The notes beneath the pieces are model-generated. The model worked only from the letters and a program-made list of their open reading frames with translations. It had not been told where the DNA came from and made no database searches. Positions 16,224-23,257 of a stretch of DNA of 32,000 bases are shown here, piece after piece. The translations under genes were made by a program, and so were the position numbers. Every line of letters begins with the position of its first letter. Position 1 is the stretch's first letter. The DNA comes from Nitrosopumilus sp. (lineage in GTDB: Archaea; Thermoproteota; Nitrososphaeria; Nitrososphaerales; Nitrosopumilaceae). The stretch spans positions 1,148,422-1,180,421 of the forward strand of contig OZ250170.1 in assembly GCA_965238065.1 (NCBI GenBank). The letters are read 5' to 3'.

Positions 16224-16657
16224 GAATGTGCTGCCGCAGCTGTGACAGAAATATGTCTAAAGATGAATCGCATATTTTCCATATTTTTTTATGTCATTTG
16301 ATTTGCAGTGTGGACATGAAATGTTCCCATTCCATCTTCCATCTTTGAATAGGCTGGCACATGCCTGCCTCGTCAAGTATTATTGCTAGTCCAATGACAT
16401 TCACAAAAACTAATGACTCTACATATTGATTTTTTCGTTTGAAAAACAGTTACAAAGTGAGCAACAAAACTTGGCATTAAGAGCGTATATCTTTAGAAAA
16501 GTAATTTCAAAAAAACACTTTGCCATTCCATATTGACATCAACTGTCTCCATGTCAACTGACACTGTTACTTATATTTACCATAACAAACATGATCCTAA
16601 TACCTGTCTTTAGAATCGCTTAATTTCAAATATCTCTGATTTCTGGAATGAGTATTC

Positions 16658-17755
16658 TCAGAACTGCCTTAGGATTTTAAAATGTGTGCTTCTTTGGGCC
16701 GGAGTCCTTCCAATCTCTTTTACCATTGTTGCAAGTTCCTCAACTGATGTTGTAGTTGGCTTTCCTGCAGCACGGTAAATCTCTTCAGAAAATGCGGTTC
16801 CCACCAAGTCACTTCCGCCATTTGACAGTGCAACTTGTGCCAGTTTCTTGCCGTACGCTACCCAGTAAACTGAGATGTTGTTTAGCACATTTGCAAGCAT
16901 GAGTCTTGATAATCCGATTATTCGCAAATCATACACAGACGAGCATTCGTTATTCACCAAATGTTCTTGCTCTAGTTCGGTATTGTCCAGACTAAACTTT
17001 AGTGGAATCAGTGTGATAAATCCACGGGTCTTTTTTTGCAGTTCACGAATCCTTATGAGATGGTCGATAATGTGTTCTGGCTTTTCTACATGTCCGTACA
17101 GCATTGTGACATTGCTCTTTATTCCCATGTTGTGTGCCTCCTCAATCACATCTAGCCATTCCTGTCCTGAGCATTTTCCCCTGATAATCCTGTCTCGTAT
17201 TTCCGGATGAAAAAGCTCTGCACCGCCGCCTGGCATTGAATCAAGTCCGGCGTCTTTTAGGCGAGATAAAATCTCTTTTGTAGAATTTTTTGTCAGTTTT
17301 GATAGATAGAATATCTCTGCTGCAGTAAGTGCCTTGATGTTGAGTTCCGGGTGATTCTTTTTGATAACACTCATCATATTCTCATAGTATTCTAGTGGAA
17401 GTTTTGGATGGAATCCACCAACTATGTGAACTTCAGTCGCACCCATCTGTTTTGCAATTCCGACTCTATGTTCAATTTCCTGTGGAGTCAGCGTGTATGC
17501 GTCATCTGCCCCGTCTTTTCGATAAAATGCACACATCTGGCAGCTGGCCGCACAGACATTTGTGTAATTCATGTAATATGATGCGGCAAAAGTAACAGTA
17601 TCGCCGACTAGTTTTTTTCTTGTAATGTCTGCAACAGCGCCCAGCAGATGCATGTTATCATAATTCATCAATTCAAGACCGTCCTTGTAGGACAGTTCTT
17701 CTCCTGCAATTGCTCTATCTAGGGCCTGAGAATCTCCAACTAGCTGTTCTAGCAT
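16658..17755 (-). CDS. Radical SAM enzyme of the MqnE/MqnC/CofH family (menaquinone-futalosine or F420 branch; not resolved)
   Basis: NYTNVCAASCQMCAFYRK (CxxxCxxC), GGGAELF, MLYGHVE...HLIRIRELQKKTRGF. I prefer the ATG at 17755, which has a TATA-like AATATAT 23-29 nt upstream. The track ORF extends to a GTG at 17815. Confidence 0.85.
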   Translation of the reverse strand: MLEQLVGDSQALDRAIAGEELSYKDGLELMNYDNMHLLGAVADITRKKLVGDTVTFAASYYMNYTNVCAASCQMCAFYRKDGADDAYTLTPQEIEHRVGIAKQMGATEVHIVGGFHPKLPLEYYENMMSVIKKNHPELNIKALTAAEIFYLSKLTKNSTKEILSRLKDAGLDSMPGGGAELFHPEIRDRIIRGKCSGQEWLDVIEEAHNMGIKSNVTMLYGHVEKPEHIIDHLIRIRELQKKTRGFITLIPLKFSLDNTELEQEHLVNNECSSVYDLRIIGLSRLMLANVLNNISVYWVAYGKKLAQVALSNGGSDLVGTAFSEEIYRAAGKPTTTSVEELATMVKEIGRTPAQRSTHFKILRQF

Positions 17756-17777
17756 ACTGTACTGTATGTTTGTCGTG

Positions 17778-17784
17778 ATATATT
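17778..17784 (-). promoter_or_regulatory. Candidate TATA box for the radical SAM gene (leaderless spacing)
   Basis: AATATAT on the minus strand, 23-29 nt upstream of the ATG at 17755. Confidence 0.3.
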
Positions 17785-17827
17785 CCTTAGTCTCAAGAGA
17801 TAAGTAGGTAACCACACCAATACAATT

Positions 17828-18001
17828 ATGGTACTTTCTCTAGTTGATGAACACAAGCCAAAATGCTACTTGTGTCATGAGGGTTTTGAGAGCATAGAAA
17901 AACTCCGGGATCATCAAAATGAGAAACACAAAGACTTTTTTGAATCAAATGAAAAGCAGGTTAATCGAGAGCCTGCACCAGGCGATGTCACTGTATTTTA
18001 G
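17828..18001 (+). CDS. Small C2H2 zinc-finger protein, 57 aa
   Basis: Own translation: MVLSLVDEHKPKCYLCHEGFESIEKLRDHQNEKHKDFFESNEKQVNREPAPGDVTVF*. This is exact C-x2-C-x12-H-x4-H spacing. Below the track cutoff. Confidence 0.65.
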   Translation: MVLSLVDEHKPKCYLCHEGFESIEKLRDHQNEKHKDFFESNEKQVNREPAPGDVTVF

Positions 18002-18445
18002 ACCGTTCTTGGAAAACTTGAGATGCCTGCCAAATCACAGCAATGATTAACTGACAGTGTTTTTTTGAAATATTTTATTGCATCTTGTGGTTCCCTGTCT
18101 TGTTTAACGAGTGTCCCCTTACATGCAAATGCATGTCTATTGTCAATTGTCAATTCTCAATGCACATATCCTGGCACTCTTCTGAATGCAATGCATCCCT
18201 TTGATGTGTCAAGATTATCAGAAGAGATGGAATCTGCCTTGTCACATAAGCGAATTGTATCTAACCGTCACATGCCATATAGATTCACACCACTGTCAAA
18301 AGTACTCTGGTACTATGGGTTCTTCTGAGTGTCAGATTGTATGGTCTTTGCACCAAAGAATTTCCATTCTCTGCATGCTCTAATCTTTTGTTATCATCCT
18401 ACCTGTCTCTACAATAATATCGACTCGTTATCTGTCAATACAAAA

Positions 18446-18673
18446 TCAGGATGCATTTCTGTCTCTGGGATCAATTCTTAATGACTTGTTAAAGCACTCT
18501 ATTGCCTCTTCATATCTTCCCAAGCTCCGAAGTGCAATCCCCTTGTTATTCCAAAGATTGGAATCATCCTGATGCAAAAGAAGCGCTTGCTCAAAGAGGT
18601 CAAGGGCACCATCAAATTTCCCGTCTTTTAGCAACAATTCTCCCTTTGCTACAAGATCTTGGACTTTGACCAT
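18446..18673 (-). CDS. Tetratricopeptide-repeat protein (two TPR units)
   Basis: 75 aa. GKFDGALDLFEQALLLHQDDSNLWNNKGIALRSLGRYEEAIECFNKSLRIDP is a classical TPR pattern. Confidence 0.75.
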   Translation of the reverse strand: MVKVQDLVAKGELLLKDGKFDGALDLFEQALLLHQDDSNLWNNKGIALRSLGRYEEAIECFNKSLRIDPRDRNAS

Positions 18674-18794
18674 AAATTATAGGGGAGTGTGTCTGTATTA
18701 AATCTGAAAAATTAATACCATAAAGCATCCAATAGCACCTCACAGATGTCCAACTATACTAAAAATTTAAATAAATTTTTTCATACCCTATAAT

Positions 18795-19238
18795 ATGAAG
18801 ATGGATAAAACAGATGAGAAAATTCTCAAAAATTTAACGGTTGATGCCAGACAGTCTGCTAGGCAACTCGCATTAAAACTTGGAATCTCGACTGTTACCG
18901 TACTGTCCAGACTCAAAAAGTTAGAAAGAGAAAAGATCATAAAGGGATATACGGCAATAATTGACCATGAAAAAATAGGGTACGCGCTTACTGCAATTAT
19001 TGAGATTGTTGCCAAAAACGATAAAATTGAGGAGATAACAGACAGGATATCAAAATTTGAAAATGTATGTGGAGTGTATGATATTACGGGTCTGACAGAT
19101 GCTGTAATTGTGGCAAAATTCAAAGAGAGGGATGAATTAAGCAAGTTTGTAAAGAGTCTGGCAGCCATTACAAATGTAGAGAATACAATCACCCATGTGG
19201 TTTTAAATACTGCAAAAGAAGATTTCAGACTGACGTAG
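18795..19238 (+). CDS. Lrp/AsnC-family transcriptional regulator
   Basis: 147 aa. DEKILKNLTVDARQSARQLALKLGISTVTVLSRLKKLEREKIIKGYTAIID forms the HTH_AsnC region, followed by a RAM-like domain. Confidence 0.9.
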   Translation: MKMDKTDEKILKNLTVDARQSARQLALKLGISTVTVLSRLKKLEREKIIKGYTAIIDHEKIGYALTAIIEIVAKNDKIEEITDRISKFENVCGVYDITGLTDAVIVAKFKERDELSKFVKSLAAITNVENTITHVVLNTAKEDFRLT

Positions 19239-19248
19239 GTGGAAAAGG

Positions 19249-19803
19249 TTGAAACTGTCTGATATTTTTTTAATTCTACTAATAACATTTGGGGCATTAC
19301 AAACAACACATGCGCAATCTGATGAATCAGACATGTATATTGAAATCTCAAATGAGGATCTGACCGTACTCATTGGAGGTTTTGTAATTGCACTCTTTGC
19401 AATCTGTTTGTTTCTGGTAAGAGACATCATACTTGGAAGAAAAACCGAATATGACAAAGAGGATCTTGAATCAAAAAAGGACAGAATGTATGAAAAGTAT
19501 CACTCTGACTGGGGGGATGATTATGAGGAGATTGGAGAGAGAGGATATTCAAAAGAAGACAGGGAATTCAGACATGCTGTAAGAAACAATGATCTTCCCA
19601 ATTACTATGAAATTCTGAGAGTCTCAAGGGATGCAACACAGGACGAGATCAAGAAAAAGTTCAGAGAACTTGCAAAAAAGACACACCCAGATAAAACAAA
19701 AGAGGGTTCTGAGGAAAAAATGGTAGAGTTAAACAGGGCGTATGAAGTACTCTCAAATAGACAAAGCAGGGTAAAGTATGACAAATATCTAAAGGTTGAC
19801 TAG
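19249..19803 (+). CDS. Membrane-anchored J-domain (DnaJ-like) protein
   Basis: TTG start. Signal-like MKLSDIFLILLITFGALQTTHA, a TM helix LTVLIGGFVIALFAICLFLV, then a J domain NYYEILRVSRDATQDEIKKKFRELAKKTHPDK with the HPD motif. Confidence 0.8.
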   Translation: MKLSDIFLILLITFGALQTTHAQSDESDMYIEISNEDLTVLIGGFVIALFAICLFLVRDIILGRKTEYDKEDLESKKDRMYEKYHSDWGDDYEEIGERGYSKEDREFRHAVRNNDLPNYYEILRVSRDATQDEIKKKFRELAKKTHPDKTKEGSEEKMVELNRAYEVLSNRQSRVKYDKYLKVD

Positions 19804-20252
19804 ACAGATTCTATTCTGACTATTACCATGTTTAGTTCAATGGAATCTAGAGTCTGGATACTGTTTGTAAGATTGGTAAAAATTTCAAGATTCATAGACG
19901 TTCTGTCGTCTTTAATCTTGGTGGATATCTTTATTTCGGCAAATTCTGTGTTTGGTCCAAGCATCTTCTCTGTCAATAACGGAACCGCCAAGAGACCCTT
20001 TATTGTCCCTCTCATTTTATAGGCAAATTTCTCTGAAAAATATGCACCTCCACGACTAGTCGGCTCGTTGACTGGTATAGGCGAGTTTGTAATTGATACG
20101 TTTGTAATTCGAAACGTATCATCATTCAGATAAAGCAGGTACTCTGGAGAGTTTTTTTCGATAAATCCTATCAAAATTTCAAGCAAATCCAGGTTTATGA
20201 ACATTTGAGGATAATCTGTTTGTAATTCTATTGAGTGTTTCCAAGAGAGCAT
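19800..20252 (-). CDS. Hypothetical protein
   Basis: 150-aa ATG ORF. 4-nt overlap with the convergent J-domain gene. No motif recognised. Confidence 0.5.
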   Translation of the reverse strand: MLSWKHSIELQTDYPQMFINLDLLEILIGFIEKNSPEYLLYLNDDTFRITNVSITNSPIPVNEPTSRGGAYFSEKFAYKMRGTIKGLLAVPLLTEKMLGPNTEFAEIKISTKIKDDRTSMNLEIFTNLTNSIQTLDSIELNMVIVRIESV

Positions 20253-20316
20253 ACAGCCTCATATATGTGGCGTTCATCTTTAAAAACATGAATTATAATC
20301 CGTGTTCTAGCTCTCA

Positions 20317-21693
20317 GTGTTTTTTGCAGTGAGCAGACCGCACACATTTAAAAACATGAATTATAATCCAACATTATTGTTACAACTCTCAAAGACCAAT
20401 TCCATAAGAAAAGAGATTATCAATCTGATGGCAGTAAACGGACTGGAAAATGACTGTTATACTGAGATGCTGGATTATACCATCGACTTGTTTGAATGCC
20501 AAGGTCTTGGAGCGGATTATTACGGATATCACAATATCAATCACGAATTGGAAGTGACATATGTCTCACTTTTGGCTGCGGGGCAAGACAGAGTACGGTT
20601 AACTGATGAGGACATTAAATACGTATTTACTGCCGCACTGTTTCACGATTTTGATCCTGAAAAAAGCGTGGACAAACCACATGAGGACAATGTCATAAAA
20701 TTCATTACAACGGAGAAGAAAATTTGTGAATTATTCTACACCGCAAACATTGATTTGGAAATTATCAAAGCACTGATTCTAAGAACGACATATCCCTGGA
20801 ATGGAAATTCCCGAAAAAATGCAGAAGAGCAGATCAGACAGTGTTTTCAAAATTCCTCTCTGGCGAGAAATGACGCACAATACCAGCACCACATAATGAA
20901 TATCGGCAAGTACCTGTCAGTAGTGGACAGAATTAGCGGTTATGCATTGGGGGATTTCAAAAAAGCAGTAAAGATGGCAAAGATGAACGCACACGCACTG
21001 GCGTGGAGATCATCATTGATTGTTAGAAATTCGGTTGCATATTTTGAGGAATTGTTGAGCAAAGAGCAGGACATGACACAAGCAATTCTCGGCTCTCTTC
21101 CAAAAGAGATGAGAAAAAACTTTTTTAATATCATACTGTCCTTTATGAAACTCAGACAGCAAGAAATTAGCATTCAGGCAGATTTTGCATATGAAAATCT
21201 CAAGCTAGTTCCTACCATAGACTATATGGAGACAAAAAAAGATCCGAATTTCATTCAGGCATTGTATGAGATCTTTTTGGAACTTCCAACACCGTTGCAA
21301 TTTGAAAAAGATAATTTTGAAAAATCAGTCAAGGATCCGCAGACCATCATCACAACACTTCGGTTAAATGACAAGGATGGGGAGATTGTGGGGTTTGTCA
21401 AGGGTGGAGCACTAGAAAAGTACACTCTGCGTGAAGAGATCCGAGATGAGAATTACGGCTTGGGAAACACAATATTTCTAGAACCGTTGGCATTAAAGAT
21501 GGGGTATTGGGGACTGGGAGGGGGAAGCGAGATGCGACACATGTTCATCATGCAATCATGCTCTATGAAGTACAAATACCTGACAAGTTTTGCACTACGG
21601 GATGTCATTAATGCAAGAATAGGAAAGGAGCATGCAGAGTTTGTGAAGCAGTTTGATCCTGAAAGATGGGACTATTATAGAATCAAAATCTAG
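20317..21693 (+). CDS. HD-domain-like protein with a long uncharacterised C-terminal region. Start is either the GTG at 20317 or the ATG at 20356.
   Basis: 458 aa. H...HD pattern: YHNINHELEVTYV...FTAALFHDFDPEKS. The C-terminal third (GEIVGFVKGGALE...LALKMGYWGLGGGSEM) is weakly acyltransferase-like. Confidence 0.7.
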   Translation: MFFAVSRPHTFKNMNYNPTLLLQLSKTNSIRKEIINLMAVNGLENDCYTEMLDYTIDLFECQGLGADYYGYHNINHELEVTYVSLLAAGQDRVRLTDEDIKYVFTAALFHDFDPEKSVDKPHEDNVIKFITTEKKICELFYTANIDLEIIKALILRTTYPWNGNSRKNAEEQIRQCFQNSSLARNDAQYQHHIMNIGKYLSVVDRISGYALGDFKKAVKMAKMNAHALAWRSSLIVRNSVAYFEELLSKEQDMTQAILGSLPKEMRKNFFNIILSFMKLRQQEISIQADFAYENLKLVPTIDYMETKKDPNFIQALYEIFLELPTPLQFEKDNFEKSVKDPQTIITTLRLNDKDGEIVGFVKGGALEKYTLREEIRDENYGLGNTIFLEPLALKMGYWGLGGGSEMRHMFIMQSCSMKYKYLTSFALRDVINARIGKEHAEFVKQFDPERWDYYRIKI

Positions 21694-21768
21694 ATAACTA
21701 TGAAAAAATCGATACTAAAAACGTTATAATTGACAATTCAAGGGGATGTACTGTATCAGAAAAAAATC

Positions 21769-21792
21769 GTAACTGTCTACAGTTTTGAAGTA
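21769..21792 (+). repeat. Solo left terminus of MITE-A (24 bp)
   Basis: gtaactgtctacagttttgaagta, after which similarity ends. Confidence 0.7.
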
Positions 21793-22000
21793 GAATTTCT
21801 CAAATATTCCAAAGTATAATCATGTAAATTCAATCCCCTCATCCGACATGTCTCCTTTATACTCATCAATATCTTGTGAGAATCAGCTCCGACCTTTGAG
21901 CGATGACCGTTTGTGATCTATCTAATTATGGCATTTGGTCGTGTTGCCCTATGCCGTGTTGTTATGGTAATCAGGTCAGTCTGCAAAAACGTAAAGAGCA

Positions 22001-22296
22001 GTAATTGTCTAGAGTTTTGAAGTAATACGCACAAGATATGTCAAAACAGGTTATTTTTTCAACACAAACACGAAGGAACTTCAAAACTGTAGACAATTAC
22101 AAATGAACTGTATCTCCAGTCATACCTAACATGGAATTATTGGCAAATTCTAGCTCTGCAGGAGTATATCGTCTATTTTGACTTTGTAGATTTTTTGTAA
22201 CTGTCTACAGTTTTGAAGTATTATGCACAAGATATGTCAAAACAGGTTATTTTTTTGACACAAACACGAAGGAACTTTAAAACTGTAGACAATTAC
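22001..22296 (+). mobile_element. Composite unit: two full MITE-A copies (22001-22100, 22197-22296) bracketing 96 bp
   Basis: Both copies are complete and in direct orientation. AAAGAGCA occurs immediately outside only the outer ends (21993-22000 and 22297-22304). Confidence 0.8.
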
Positions 22297-22438
22297 AAAG
22301 AGCATCATTCTTTCACGTTTCGATTTTTTTACAAACCTGATGTAGTTCTCTTCGTTGTATTTTTTGGATATCATTGCAGATATTCGTATGAATTAACCTT
22401 CACGCCTAGATCAACAAAATTAAACCAAAAGATCCGAG

Positions 22439-22521
22439 GTATGAATCAAGTAGAGAACATGTTTTATGCCTATAACGTCTTGACCACTCTAGCAGATTTA
22501 GACGTAGAGGTTGATACATAC
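22439..22521 (+). mobile_element. MITE-B copy
   Basis: Flanked by perfect GATCCGAG at 22431-22438 and 22522-22529. Confidence 0.9.
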
Positions 22522-22654
22522 GATCCGAGTAACCTCATCCACCTTCTGATATGAGCAAGACTGACAAAATTGATTCAGAATTAAGACGAGAAAACAAACA
22601 ACTCTGATTATTCATAGATGATCTAATAAAACACAATAAAAGTCTGACAAGATC

Positions 22655-22737
22655 GTATGTATCAACATCTATGCCTAAATCCGCTAGAATAGTCAAGACG
22701 TTATAGACATAAAACATGTTCTTTGCTTGACTCATAC
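22655..22737 (-). mobile_element. MITE-B copy
   Basis: gtatgtatcaacatctatgcctaaatcc...ctttgcttgactcatac. No TSD recognisable. Confidence 0.85.
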
Positions 22738-23041
22738 GAAATTTTTATGTAAACGATTCAACACAGACAAAAAGATTTGTTACCAAAATTACAATTCTGA
22801 AAGATATTATGTAATGAGTAGAGGAAACTTGTGATGTAATGAATGCAAGACAAACTACAAACCATTTTCATATACACAATTCAGTAAAATCGACATAATT
22901 ATTCCAAATGGCTGATTCTGATCAAACTCTTTGATCTGGGAATCAGTGCAAGAAAAGAGGTAGCAGAAGCAGATGTAAGTTATCCTACTACACTGCATTG
23001 TTTTGATGTAATTAGATTCTCAATCTTGTATGAACAATCCA

Positions 23042-23231
23042 GAATTAATGAAGCAAAGAACATGTTTTATGTAATTGTCTAGAGTTTTGAAGTAATACGC
23101 ACAAGATATGTCAAAACAGGTTATTTTTTTGACACAAACACGAAGGAACTTCAAAACTGTAGACAATTACTGTTTTATGTCTATAACGTCTTGACTATTC
23201 TAGTGGATTTAGGGTAGAAGTTAATACATAC
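23042..23231 (+). mobile_element. MITE-B copy (degenerate left end) interrupted by a MITE-A
   Basis: gaattaatgaagcaaagaacatgttttat | MITE-A | tgttttatgtctataacgtcttgac...gaagttaatacatac. Confidence 0.8.
23071..23170 (+). mobile_element. MITE-A copy inserted in MITE-B
   Basis: Flanked by perfect TGTTTTAT at 23063-23070 and 23171-23178. Confidence 0.9.
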
Positions 23232-23257
23232 TTATTATGCATTGCACTATTTTGTAG

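Larger units (their letters stand above)
15308..16486 (-). mobile_element. IS1595-family insertion sequence, decayed and carrying two MITE insertions
   Basis: TIRs GCTCTTGATGCCAAGTTTTGTTGCT (15308-15332) and AGCAACAAAACTTGGCATTAAGAGC(GT) (16460-16486), 24 of 25 positions matching. 8-bp direct repeat ATATCTTT at 15300-15307 and 16487-16494. Minus-strand reading gives ACASLFKDGRWNGNISCPHCKSNDIKKYGKYAIHL*TYFCHSCGSTF|NDKTG..., EMDELYMHSGLKGKN, ISKGSHNSTDEYNVYHSLESLGYEHHTVNQS and EYARDDVHTNN. These are the zinc ribbon plus DDE_Tnp_IS1595 motifs, with stops and frameshifts. Confidence 0.8.

Noticed and set aside
18065-18383. Two overlapping plus-strand ORFs (87 and 65 aa) between the C2H2 gene and the TPR gene
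   Set aside because: Odd composition, non-ATG or weak starts, mutual overlap and no motif. The region may be a decayed gene or non-coding. Left unannotated.
22213-22735. ORFs 22213-22554 (+) and 22535-22735 (-)
   Set aside because: Both start or end inside MITE-A/MITE-B copies and consist largely of MITE-derived sequence. There is no motif and no plausible promoter.
22911-22948. Imperfect hairpin gctgattctgatcaaactctttgatctgggaatcagtgc as a possible ncRNA or terminator
   Set aside because: It is a single occurrence with mismatched arms, no flanking gene to terminate and no T run. The evidence is insufficient.
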